The translations under genes and the position numbers were made by a program. A stretch of 64,000 nt of DNA from Leucoraja erinacea (Eukaryota). Numbering within the stretch: position 1 is the stretch's first letter; every line of letters begins with the position of its first letter. Below the pieces are notes generated by a model. It saw only the letters and a program-made list of their open reading frames with translations. It made no database searches and had not been told where the DNA came from. Shown piece by piece: positions 10,038 to 21,890 of the stretch. The stretch is from NCBI RefSeq assembly GCF_028641065.1, contig NC_073411.1, forward strand, positions 10,974,001 to 11,038,000, given 5' to 3'.

Positions 10038-10578
10038 TAAAAAATATAAACACAAAGTGCTGGAGTAACTCAGCTTCTCTGGAGCACATGGACAAATTAG
10101 ATTTCAGGTCGGGGCTAGGAAATGGTGGGAGGGATGTGGGCCAAATGTAGGCTGACTGGACTAGCTCGTGTGGCTCCTTGCTTGGCACAGGGAAGTTGAG
10201 TCGAAGGTGGACATAAATGCTGGAGAAACTCAGCGGGTGAGGCAGCATCTATGGAGCGGAGGAATAGGCGACGTTTCGGGTCGAGGCCGTTCTTTTTTTT
10301 TTTTTTCGTGTCGAGATCCTTTTTCTTTTTTTTTTGCCTCGGGCACTGCATGTGTGTGGAGTCTGGACATTCTCCCTGTGACCACGAGGGCTTGGCCTCC
10401 CACATCCCAAAGAAACGCGGGTTTTCAGGAGTAAATGGCCCTCTGTGAAATTGAGCGTGGTGTGTAGGGAGTGGGTGCGAAATCTGGATGAGACGGAACT
10501 TGTGGCACGGTGGCGCAGCGGTAGAGTTGCTTCCTTACAGGGGCCGAAGGGCTTGTTTCCCGCACCCTACCTCTAAAC

Positions 10579-10818
10579 CAAGGGGTTCCCAACCTTTTTC
10601 ATCCCGTTTACCCCCCCTGGCAACTTTTCGACAGTAAATTTACCCCCACCCTGTTTTGTTTAGTAATTTGATTTACACTTCTACCACAATAAAGCAACCA
10701 GCAAAGGGGACATTTTAAAATATTATTTTTTAACAAACCCAGAATCAACAAATGTACCCCCTGGGTAGGCGAAATTTACCCCCCTGGGGATAAATTCACC
10801 CCAGGTTGGGAACCCTTG
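10579..10818. mobile_element. hAT-like MITE
   Basis: TIR CAAGGG(G)TTCCCAACC; 8-bp TSD CTCTAAAC/CTCTGCAC; related copy at 56540. Confidence 0.7.
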
Positions 10819-10941
10819 CTCTGCACTAAACTAAACCAAAGAACTAGTGTGAACGAGTGATCGACGGTGGACGTGGTGAGCAAAGGGACTGTATCGTCCA
10901 CTCATTCAACTAATTAAACAGAGAGGAGTAATGCACATCAC

Positions 10942-11031
10942 CTGCCGCTTAGCACCTGCATCCGCCAGCGATCTTTTCTGGGTGACGGGGACAGTTGCTT
11001 CACCTGCAAACTGCATGTGCATATGGCAAAA
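10942..11031 (-). CDS. INPP5F: INPP5F-like coding exon 4 (short, divergent)
   Basis: Polypyrimidine+CAG acceptor and CAG|GTGATG donor; 90 nt phase 0/0; FCHMHMQFAGEATVPVTQKRSLADAGAKRQ, where FCHMH aligns with Sac2 'LCKKH'. Confidence 0.65.
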
Positions 11032-11512
11032 CTGAATTGAAAAAAAAACAAAAGCATCCATCACAAAACGTTCATCCCAGATGGACCAATGTGATCATTT
11101 CACGGAGCATTTTTCGTCACAGTCGAGGCCTATAATTTTTTGTTTCCCTGGAAGAAAGAGAAATAATTCTCTGCCACAGAAGGCAGCGGAGGCCAATTCA
11201 TTGGCAGTTTTCAAGAGAGAGTAAGATTTAGCACTTTGGGCTAAAGGAATCGAGGGATATGGGGAAAAAGCAGGAACTGATTTTGGATGATCAGCCATGA
11301 TCATATTGAATGGAGGTGCTGGCTCGAAGGGCCGAATGGCTTACTCCTGCACCTATTTTTCAATGTTTCTATGTTTCTATCTGGCAATGGAGGAGGCCCA
11401 GGACAGAAAGGTCAGTGTGGGAATGGGAAGGGGAGTTGATATGGTTGTCAACCGGGAGTTCGTATAGGTCTCCGCAGACCAAATTGAGATTGTTTGTGAA
11501 TAAGACTTTTAC

Positions 11513-11649
11513 CTCCAGCTTCAGGTCCTGAGGTTCATCATTAGTCAACGGTATCACAGCCACCTTGGTGATCTTGTACATCTCATGGTCCCCGAAAACC
11601 GTGCCCACAAGGTCTTTACTTTGAATAAGGACCAGGAAACATTCTAAAT
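11513..11649 (-). CDS. INPP5F: INPP5F-like coding exon 3
   Basis: (D)LECFLVLIQSKDLVGTVFGDHEMYKITKVAVIPLTNDEPQDLKLE, matching Sac2 'GDHEVCKVTKIAVL...EPQDLELE'; TAG/GTAAAA boundaries. Confidence 0.92.
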
Positions 11650-12014
11650 CTACAAAAAATAACAATGAAAAACCTCACAGGTGCAAGTCCCTTTATGCTG
11701 AGGTTATGGCCTCTGGTCCTAGACTCGAGTTCCCACTAGAGGAACCATCCTCACCATATCCACGTTATCCAGGCCTTTCACCATTCACTTTGTTTCAATG
11801 AGGTCCCCCCTCATCCTTCTAAACTCCAGCGAGTACAGGCCCAGCGCCATCTAATGCCCATCATATGTTAACCCAGGTGAGTTGACGTCAACAACCATCT
11901 AATCTATACTAGCCCATACCAAACAACTGTCTTTTCATAGGTCTGTACAGCAACTGCATGGGAGGGGGCACGTTGATCAAACCGGTCCTGTGATTGCAAC
12001 AGATACATCCTTAC

Positions 12015-12092
12015 CTGGGTGAAACTGAAACTTCCCAACAACTCCTTCCACCAGACCGAGACAGACAGCTCTGGACAAGTCCACGTCGGAGG
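12015..12092 (-). CDS. INPP5F: INPP5F-like coding exon 2
   Basis: (A)SDVDLSRAVCLGLVEGVVGKFQFHP, matching Sac2 'ICLGLVEGVIGKIQLH'; CAG/GTAAGG boundaries. Confidence 0.92.
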
Positions 12093-12298
12093 CTGAACGC
12101 ACAAGAAAGGAGTTGTTAGTATCTGCTGAATTTGACCAATGTTGCCGTGCATTTTGCTTTAACCGTTGAAGTTAGAAAGCTCGAATCCTTCTCTGAAATT
12201 CTCAGCTTGGAATTATTACACCTAATCCTTCATATTTTCACTTTTTCACAGTGGGTGCAATGAACAAGCTGCCAGAGGAGGTAGTTGGGGCAGGGACT

Positions 12299-12614
12299 AA
12301 ATATTACAAAATGTTAAATGGTCAGCTCGACATAGACTACAAGACCTACACCAAACCCAAACCAATTAGGAGCAGACGAGGGCATTCGATCCAATTTGTG
12401 ATCCCAGCTACAAAGACAGATGTGTACAGCAATTCGTTCTTCCCCCGCACAATTAAAGCATGGAATAATCTTCACCCAACTATAGTTACCCAACCAGATG
12501 CAACTACATTTAAAGTAGCTCTTTCTTCCCAATAACCCTTTCTGGCTTAAGCCCTCCCTTCACCACCTCCAGTTTAAATTCCATTTGGAATATTTTGGAG
12601 GACCAAGAAACCAA
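12299..12614 (+). mobile_element. LINE ORF2 3' end of a different clade, nested in a CR1 tail
   Basis: YKMLNG...RRGHS...YSNSFFPRTIKAWNNL; ACCAAGA repeat tail; GACTA duplicated at the flanks. Confidence 0.65.
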
Positions 12615-12744
12615 GACTATCCCAAAGTTTAAGAAACAGATGGACAGGTACATGGATAGGACAGGTTTAGGAGGAATATAGACCAAACACGGGCAGGTGG
12701 GACTAGTGTAGCTGGGACATGTTGGCCGGTGTGGGCAAGTTGGG

Positions 12745-13435
12745 CGTGTGTGAGTTATGGTGTGTGTGTGTATGTTATGCTGTGTATGTGTGTGAGTGTT
12801 GATGTGTGTGTGTCTGTGTTAGTGTGTGTAGGTATGTGTATTGGTGTGTGTGTCTGTGTGAGNNNNNNNNNNNNNNNNNNNNNNNNNNNNNNNNNNNNNN
12901 NNNNNNNNNNNNNNNNNNNNNNNNNNNNNNNNNNNNNNNNNNNNNNNNNNNNNNNNNNNNNNNNNNNNNNNNNNNNNNNNNNNNNNNNNNNNNNNNNNNN
13001 NNNNNNNNNNNNNNNNNNNNNNNNNNNNNNNNNNNNNNNNNNNNNNNNNNNNNNNNNNNNNNNNNNNNNTGGGGTGGTGTGNNNNNNNNNNNNNNNNNNN
13101 NNNNNNNNNNNNNNNNNNNNNNNNNNNNNNNNNNNNNNNNNNNNNNNNNNNNNNNNNNNNNNNNNNNNNNNNNNNNNNNNNNNNNNNNNNNNNNNNNNNN
13201 NNNNNNNNNNNNNNNNNNNNNNNNNNNNNNNNNNNNNNNNNNNNNNNNNNNNNNNNNNNNNNNNNNNNNNNNNNNNNNNNNNNNNNGTGTGTGGGTGTGG
13301 GNNNNNNNNNNNNNNNNNNNNNNNNNNNNNNNNNNNNNNNNNNNNNNNNNNNNNNNNNNNNNNNNNNNNNNNNNNNNNNNNNNNNNNNNNNNNNNNNNNN
13401 NNNNNNNNNNNNNNNNNNNNNNNNNNNNNNNNNNN
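12745..13435. repeat. (GT)n-rich tract largely replaced by N-gaps
   Basis: Degenerate GT repeat at 12745-12862, then Ns with short GT islands; intron 1 of the INPP5F-like gene. Confidence 0.8.
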
Positions 13436-13451
13436 CTGCGCTCACACTCAC

Positions 13452-13548
13452 CTGCCTTGATCTCCATGCTGCCGTTGGAGCGACTGCAGGACAGGCAGCT
13501 GTGGGCGCCCCGCACCGTGTACTCAGCCGGTGACTGGAACAGCTCCAT
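13452..13548 (-). CDS. INPP5F: INPP5F-like coding exon 1
   Basis: ATG in AGGATGG context; MELFQSPAEYTVRGAHSCLSCSRSNGSMEIKA resembles the Sac2 N-terminus 'MELFQ...CSRRDG'; 97 nt, G|GTGAGT donor. Confidence 0.88.
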
Positions 13549-13810
13549 CCGCGACCTTGCTTGCTGCCCCCTTCCCTCGCCACCCTCTGTCCCCACGACC
13601 GTTGGAGTCTGTGCAATGGCCAGGTTTCCAATGAAAACATGTTCCACGGTCTGCCCGTCACAGCGGGCGCATTCCAAACAGTGCCCGGCGCCCAGGCGTT
13701 CTGGGGCCGCACCGGCTGCTAAATGCTCCCACCCCGAATAACAAAATGCTCCCACCCCGAATACCCACATGCATTGCATCCCCTCCCCTCCCCTCCCCTC
13801 CCCTCCAAAG
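13549..13810 (-). promoter_or_regulatory. Putative 5'UTR/proximal promoter of the INPP5F-like gene
   Basis: Small CpG-enriched, TE-free stretch directly upstream of the ATG, with a GGGGA repeat; TSS not determinable. Confidence 0.4.
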
Positions 13811-15531
13811 TAAATTACAATTGCAAAAAGAAAAGCAATTCCATCTGCCAAAACCACGCCCTTCCCAGACGTTAAGCATCATACAAAATTGTGTCCATTC
13901 GGCCCATAAAGTCATAGAAACATAGAAATTAGGTGCAGGAGTAGGCCATTCGGCCCTTCGAGCCTGCACCGCCATTCAATATGATCATGGCTGATCATCC
14001 AAGTCAATACTAACCCTTTACTCTACATTCCAACTGGCCTCAAGAGCAATGCTAAACCATTTTGTAATATATCTCTCAGGAAGAGGTTGAGCAGACTTTA
14101 TTCCCTGAAGCGGGGTGGGGGGGGGGGGGGAGATGTGGGTGACTGAGTGTAGAAGTTGGGAGGTCATGTTGCAGTTGTAGAAGACTTTGGTGAGGCCGTG
14201 TTTGGAGGATTGTGTCCAGTTCTGGGAACGTTGGTGTCAAGCTGGAAAGGGTACAGAGATTTACAAGGGTGTTGCCGGGACGAGAGAGGGTCTGAGGCAG
14301 AGGGAGAGGTTGAGTCGGCTGGGACTCTATTCCCTGGAGCGCAGGAGGTTGAAGGGTGATCTTATAGAGGTGTTGAAATCATGAGAGGAATAGATCTGAT
14401 AGACGCACAGAGTCTCTTGCCCAGGGCAGGTAAATTGAATCAGTAGGTACTGATTTTAGATGATTAGCCATGATCATATTGAATGGCAGTGCTGGCTTGA
14501 AGGGCTGAATGGCTGAATGGCCTACTCCTGCACCTATTTTGCTATATTTCTAGAACCAGAGGGCATAGGTTTAATGGTGAAGGGGGATAGATTTTATAGG
14601 AATCTGAGGCGTAACTTTTTCACCCAAAGGGTGGTGGGTGTGTGGAACGAGCTGCTGGAGGAGGTAGTTGAGGCAGGGACTGTCGTGGCATTTAAGAAGC
14701 AATTAGTCAGGTACATGGATAGGACAGGTTTAGAGGGATACGGGCCAAATGCAGGCAAGTGGGACTAGTGTAAATGAGATATGTTAGTCGGTGGGCAAGA
14801 TGGGCCGAAGGGCCTCTTTCCACACTATCACCATGAATGTATGAGAGAGATACAAAATGCTGGAGTAACTCAGCGGGTTGGGCAGCATATCAGGGAGACT
14901 TCCGTGTGAGTGCTGTAATCTCAAACTGCCGAAGGTGGCAGAGGAGGCAGATATGATAGTGGTATTTAAGAGGTTTACAAATAGGTGAATGGAGATGCAG
15001 GGAATGGATATGGATTGCATGCAGGCAGGAAAGATTAGTGCAACCTGGCATCATGTAAGGCGCAGACATTGTGGACAGAGGGCCTGTTGTATCTTACAAA
15101 CCTTCTGCTTGTGTATCAGATTCCCTGCCCAACATTGGGGAGCATGGCAGTGCAACAGTGCCAGCGACCTTAGTTTGATCCTGATTGCTGTCTACACATT
15201 GGGTTCAAGAAGGAACTGCAGATGCTGGAAAATCGAAGGTACACAAAAATGCTGGAGAAACTCAGTGCGTCAGGCAGCATCCCTGGGGAGAAGGGATTGT
15301 CTTGGCCTGAAACTTCCTTTTCATCAGGGATGCTGCCTGACCCGTTGAGCTACTCCAGCTTTTTGTGTCTATCTTCAACATAACCCAAGTTGATTATTTT
15401 AGGAAAGGGTGCCGGAGAATAATTGTTGGCTACGTAACTAGAATTGATCTGAAAACAAATGTGTAACCAATTGTTTGACTAGGTCTCAATGCTTGCACTG
15501 CTAATGATGCAGGACACATTCAGAACTGTAT

Positions 15532-15690
15532 GTACACAAAAATGCTGGAGAAACTCAGCGGATGCAGCAGCATCTATGGAGCAAAGGAAATAGCCTATTT
15601 CCTTCGCTCCATAGATGCTGCTGCACCCGCTGAGTTTCTCCAGCATTTATGTGTACCTTTGATTTTCCAGCATCTGCAGTTCCTTCTTAA
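15532..15690. mobile_element. Palindromic hammerhead-family element with deleted centre
   Basis: Inverted arms; 16-bp duplication ACATTC(A/G)GAACTGTAT at 15516-15531 and 15691-15706. Confidence 0.7.
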
Positions 15691-17823
15691 ACATTCGGAA
15701 CTGTATTGGGCTTATTTAATGTAAGTGAAAGAACCCTTTAGCAAGTAGTGTCTGGAGTGGAAAAAAGTCCCAAATGTAATTAGTGTTACTTAATTGAGTA
15801 TCTAAGAAGTCAGTGCAGAGTCAGTTCTTGGCAGGGGAGCCGAGGCCTGTGGAGTTCTCCTTGCGAGCAATTTTCAGCCTCCATGGCAACTGTACGTGAT
15901 TGAAGTGTGTCCACTAGCTACGTCTATTGTGGAGCTGGAGCTGTGGATAGATTCACCGTGGGGCGCCTGTGATGCTGGGGCAAAAGCAGCACTGGCGTGT
16001 AGTGACCAAGGAATGATCAGCCATGATCACAATGATTGGCAGTGCAGGATCGAAGGACCAACTGGCACCTATTTTCCATGTTTCTATGGAATGTGTAAGA
16101 CGGAACTGCAGATGCTGGTTTAAGCCGAAGATAGACACAAAAAGCTGGAGTAACTCTTTTTGTGTCTATCTTCGGTTTAAACCAGCATCTGGAGTAATGC
16201 TGCATCTCTGGAGAGAAGGAATGGGTGACGTTTCGGGTCGTGCAGAACCCCCCTCCTCTCCCCCGCAGAAATAAAGGAGGCAGATTTAATGTGACTTCAA
16301 CAAAGATCCCGTAGGAAATGATTAAGTGCTGTCTAGGCAGAACTGGAAGCTTCATTGTTCATAGGTTCTAGGAGCAGAATTCAACCATCAAGTCCACTCC
16401 ACCATTTTCCAATCATGGCTGATCTATCTCTCCCTCTCAACTCCATTCTCCTATCTCCCCATTACCCCCGACACCCTTACTAATCAAGAATCTGTCAATC
16501 TCTGCCTTAAAAATAACAGTTGAATTAAGTGGATGTAAAAGGCTCGTTGGACATGGGTATTGGTTACCTGAGTATTCAGTCCAATCTTGCCTTTGCTCAA
16601 TCTTACACAAATCTCAAGATCTGCTTATTTTACTTCAATGCAGCAACTCCGTTGTGCTGCTACCTATAATATTTTGTTTTTTACAGAGTGGTAGGTGCTT
16701 TGAACACTGAGCTATGAGTGATGGCAGAGACAGATATGTTAATTGTATCTCATAGAAACATAGATTCAGATTCAGATTCAATTTTTAATTGTCATTGTCA
16801 GTGTACAGTACAGAGACAACGAAATGCATTTAGCATCTCCCTTGAAGAGCGATATAGCAAACGATTTGAATAAATAATAATAAGTGTCCGGGGGGGGGGG
16901 GGGTGGTGATTGGCAGTCACCGAGGTACGTTGTTGAGTAGAGTGACAGCCGCCGGAAAGAAGCTGCTCCTCGACCTGCTGGGTCGAGGAATTAGGTGCAA
17001 GAGTAGGCCATTCGGCCCTTCGAGCCTGCACCGCCATTCAATATGATCATGGCTGATCATCTAACTCAGTATCCCGTACCTGCCTTCTCTCCATACCCTC
17101 TGATCCCCTTAGCCACAAGGGCCACATCTAACTCCCTCTTAAATATAGCCAATGAACTGGCCTCAACTACCCTCTGTGGCAGAGAGTTCCAGAGATTCAC
17201 CAAGAGACATCTCAAGAGACATGCAGATAGGTGCATGGATATGCTGGGATTGGGTGGGTCTGCATCACACGCCGGCAGAAAAAGATCGATTGAACTGGAC
17301 ATCATATTCGGCACGGACATTGTGGGCCGAAGACTTGTTCCTGTACTGGACTGTTCTAAGTTTATTTCAGTAGTTCAAAAAGAACGTCATTAACCTCAAT
17401 TGTGGAAAGGAACTGCAGATGCTGGTTTACACCGAAAATTGACACAAAATGCTGGAGTTACTCAGTGGGTCAGGCAGCATCTCTGGAGAAAAAAAAAGAT
17501 GGGTGATGTTTCGGGTCGGAAGGGCCGTGACATGAAAAGTCACCCATCGTTTTTCTTCAGAGATGCTGCCTGACCCAACGAGTTACTCCAGCATGTTGTG
17601 CCCATCTTCATCTGAAGAAGGGTTTCGGCTCAAAACGTTGCCTATTTCCTTCGCTCCATAGATGCTGCCTCACCCGCTGAGTTTCCCCAGCACTTTTGTC
17701 TACCTTCATTAACTGGACTTTGTGATGTCCAAAAGGTTCTTGAAAGCTCTGTACAAATGCACACCTTTCACTCTTCAACATCATAATTCCCCTTCCCTTT
17801 GCTTCCACATTAATACCCTTTGC

Positions 17824-17979
17824 TTAAGAAAGAAGGTAAACACAAAATGCTGGAGTAACTCAGCGGGTGAGGCAGCATCTATGGAGAGAAGGAATTGGCA
17901 ACGTTTCAGGGCGAGACTCTTCTTCAGGCTGATACATTGCCAATTCCTTCTCTCCATAGATGCTGCCTCACCCGCTGAG
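17824..17979. mobile_element. Palindromic hammerhead-family element
   Basis: 14-bp duplication TTAATACCCTTTGC at 17810-17823 and 17980-17993. Confidence 0.65.
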
Positions 17980-18149
17980 TTAATACCCTTTGCCTTGGTC
18001 ACTTTGCCCTGAAATTCGTCCCGAAACCTCTCCTCGTCTATCCTAGGATAAAACATTCCCGACAGATGTTTCAGTGCCGCTGCACCCTCCATCAGAAATA
18101 TCCTCATTACCCTGGCACTTCCTGCAGATCTTTCCCAGCAAGAAACCAC

Positions 18150-18444
18150 ACAGAGTTAAACATAAGCAGACGTTTATTGCACAAATCAGAGCAAGCTAGG
18201 GAATGGAAGACAACCAGAGTTCGATACTTATACACCAGAGCACAATAGCAACAATCAGGTGAAGGAAGGCAACACACATAAGTCGGCATTAACAATAAGC
18301 TTGGTCAACATCACAGAAGCACTACTGCTTTTAGATAAAAGATATATATTTTTTCTCATCAAAAAATTAATCTTTAGAAACATTTTCTCACCTCTTGAAA
18401 CAAGTGAGTCCCCGCTACCTATTTTATTCTCTGCAATTCGTGAC

Positions 18445-18491
<47 letters not shown>

Positions 18492-21386
18492 ACTGGAAAA
18501 TACCTGAGATTGCTACACAAAATCATACGGAGAACATAGGTGATGGAAGGACCCTTGTGGATATGACTGCAGTTCCAGAGCAGATACTAAAAACCCAAAA
18601 TCCAGTCATGAGTCAAAAATCGGTGCTGCTGCTCCAAGTTTGGGTGGGTGTGTTTATGTGCACATACATTCATATCATTAGACCCCCATGCTTCTGTTTT
18701 CCAATCAAACTTGATTCTTCAAAGTGTTAACAAAATATAAAATGTTCTATCATGCATATAGAATATAGATATTTATATATAAAACTGCATATAGGCTGCT
18801 GCACTAGGACAACATATTTCACACTACCCCACAACTAGTAATAACAAATCACCCATAAAACGTTTAATCGTTTTAAAGAACCGAACATGGTTATTATCAC
18901 AATAATTTGTTCATGGGTCTGCAACTTTAAACATTATGGTTTATAATCAAAAGGACGGATCGCAACACAAGGTTCACACAAGGAGAAAGGGGCAGTGGCT
19001 AATGGAGGAACATACTAGATAGCTGCTAAAGCGAAGTATACTCGGGACACAACACCTGTGCTGAAGGCCACGATATTACGGCAGACAAGCAATAGTCTGT
19101 TGTACAGAAGCACGCATGCAAACATTGACCAGCCTTCTGATATGCCATTACGTGTGGAGTTTAACCAGAGAATGACGGAAGCGTTGAAAACGGGTAACTG
19201 GGTCTTGGATATTCCAAGTCTCCACACACACACACACACACACACACAACCTCACGTGGCTGGTGAGAACGTGGAGGCTTTGCGATTGCTCCTTGCGTCT
19301 GGGCACTCTGCATCCGTCCCACCCATTCTCAACAGGTAGCTCAGTCTCTCTCCAGGGGGAATGCTCCAGATGTGAAGCTAAACAAAACACTCGCCACCAA
19401 GCCAGTGCTGAGATCTCAAAAACATTCCCAACAAAAAAGGAAAAGCACAAACTGACTGCTCAGATGTTCACGTTAGTCCTGGCCAACACAATGGGCCTGT
19501 CCAAGAACTGCTGAATGGTGAGGCTTGCAGAGATGGTGTGGGTGGCTTGCTTCACAGTGTAATCAACCCTGCTGCATTCACATCCCTGTTCAGTCTAGTT
19601 ATCTTTAATGCCTCTGCAGTTGTATGTGGCAGGATGAATGAACGGAGTGCCGGGCAGCCTGAGACTTTGCTGGTCCTCAGAGGGTCAAGTGGTGGCTGCA
19701 TTTCTCCAAACAAAAACAAAATGGGAGAGAGGAGCAGGATGGAGAAAAAACAGACAAGGCTGTGGTATCTAATTTGCTCCATTTGATAACAGGTTGCCTG
19801 GGTTCTCTGAAACACTGGTGAGTCACAATCAAAAATCACCGCTTGCTTCATTTTTATTTCTTCCGAACCATCCAAGTCTCCACACTCTCCATGTCGCTTG
19901 CTCAGGGCTAGGAGACTTTACAATTGCAATAAGAGAAGAAACAATATGTGTGCTCAGCTGGAAACTGATCGCCAACGCTTCCACATCAGACTTTCTTGTC
20001 GTACCATGTCAGGACGTAAATCCCATGATCGTGTAGCGTGTAGAGTGTCTGTTCTGCCTTGTCCACGATGCACCCGCATCCTCAGCAAACCCGTGCATCA
20101 ACTCGGGACGAAAGGCCCAAGTAACCAGGAGGGCAAACAGAAGAATGGCATTAAAGGCTAAAACACTTCAGGTCCTTTTTTTTCAAAAAAGGGGAAATAA
20201 TTCACTATCCAGGGTCTCAATTCCATTCCTATAGTAAGTGTGATCAGAGTTCTGGAGCTACTGATTAATAATGAGCCACACTGGAGTTAGAGATGGTGTT
20301 AATGATGGCCAACATACTCATGACAATATGGCATCAATTGTATTCAAGCATTGACAACGTGACGCAGGTCAACAGTGAACACCGGCCCGCTTGACATTCA
20401 TCTCATCATTTTCTTCTGGGGACTGGATGACTTTTTGTTAAATTCGCAGCAATTCTCTGCACCCTAGCACCAATTAACGAAGGATACCTACGCCAAAGTA
20501 TCGCTGCTGCGCAGATCAGTGCGCAAGTGGAGGAAGAACAGGCAGACGACTGATTCGGCTTCCAGTCCAGCAGCAGAATCTAAAAGCAGCATTACGGCTC
20601 CCACTGTTATTGTGCCTGTTTTACCCAGTTGCTGAATCCCAGTTCTCGTAGCTGAATCATTCCGGTTTCCAGCACTGGCGGCATTGATAAGCAGTCTTCA
20701 TCTCCACTTGCGATTGCAGAGGGAATTGGAAGTCTTAATATTCAGTCCCACATCCCTCGTTTTGTGTACAAATACATTCAGACTCCATCGCACTGTGGTT
20801 TACCTGCAAACCATGGCTTGTGTTCAGTAACATCACAGCAAAAGCCTTCAGAACGGGGCAAGCGACTGACGATATGAAGATAAAAACCTACGACACATCC
20901 ACAAGCAGGGTTCACCCAAGAAAACTATTTACTCCATCACCCTTTTCACCTTACACATTCCATACCAGGTTTTCACCAAAGCACGGTGAAATAATATCTG
21001 AAACGCCGAATGCAATGAAGCTTTTAATCAGTCCCAAGTGGATACAGAGAGGTTCAGATTTGTCTTAAAAAGATAAATTCATGAAATTGGTCACGTTTTC
21101 TTACAATGCTCACCTGGTCACTACTAAACTGAAATTCTTTATTTGGACTGTTCACTCGTGGTTTCATGGCAAGCATGCTAGGTTCGTTTCAAATGCACCT
21201 GTAAACCAAACAACCTAGTCTGCACAAGAACAATTCATACACAGTGAGGTCAGGTTAAGAGTTTTACTAGCAACAAGGGACTCATTGCCCTGGTCCATCA
21301 GTCCTGTTCCCCTGGTGCTGGAAAGTTATTTCAACTGTTTACTCCTGACAGCGGTGGGTGAATTCTCCTTCTGCTGGCCTCAACTT
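18150..21386 (-). other. BAG4: Long 3'UTR of the BAG gene
   Basis: About 3.2 kb after the stop with no LINE/SINE fragments; minus-strand AATAAA at 18178-18173 followed by GU-rich sequence; second AATAAA at 18428-18423. Confidence 0.6.
18446..18488. repeat. (GA)n microsatellite
   Basis: Perfect dinucleotide run inside the putative BAG 3'UTR. Confidence 0.95.
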
Positions 21387-21890
21387 CTACCTCGCAATCC
21401 TCTCCAATTTCTCCAGCACACTCTGAATCTTGTGGACGGCCGCTTTCCGCACCTGCCGAATGTGCTCCTGGCCGTTCGTCTCCACCGAGTCCACTTCCAG
21501 GAGCTGTTTTGTCAGCAGCTCCTCCAGTAAGCGGTAAGTCTTGTCTCCCCGCTTTCCGTCAAACTGGTTCACCTCGGCCTCCAACTGCTGCACATTGTTC
21601 ATGACTTGCTCCACCTTGACTTGGCCGGGGTGCACGGGACATTCAGCCGGCTGCGTCCCCTCGTCAGTCGCAGCCCCCGCGGCCTTCTCTCGACCTCCCT
21701 TGCTCTCAGTGTGGACCTTGTACACAGTCGGGGGAGCGCTGTACTCCATCCGTGTGGCTTGCGTCGTGCCTGGCAGCTGGTCTGGGGGTTGCGGTGGGAG
21801 GTAGCCTGCGGGTTGCTGGTCATTCCCTGGGAAGTTTGCGTTGTTTAAGCAAGGCAGGGGGTCCTGATGGTTTATGGAATATGGAATATC
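21387..21890 (-). CDS. BAG4: BAG-family co-chaperone (BAG4-like), exon 5 with C-terminal BAG domain
   Basis: TAG acceptor; DIPYSINHQ...NANFPG...MEYSAPPTVY...VQQLEAEVNQFDGKRGDKTYRLLEELLTKQLLEVDSVETNGQEHIRQVRKAAVHKIQSVLEKLERIAR*; protein ends right after the BAG domain, as BAG4 does. Confidence 0.92.
   Translation of the reverse strand, partial: DIPYSINHQDPLPCLNNANFPGNDQQPAGYLPPQPPDQLPGTTQATRMEYSAPPTVYKVHTESKGGREKAAGAATDEGTQPAECPVHPGQVKVEQVMNNVQQLEAEVNQFDGKRGDKTYRLLEELLTKQLLEVDSVETNGQEHIRQVRKAAVHKIQSVLEKLERIAR

Noticed and set aside
12729-13857. ORFs of 243-360 aa
   Set aside because: They span N-gaps and GT repeats; only 13452-13548 is a supported exon.
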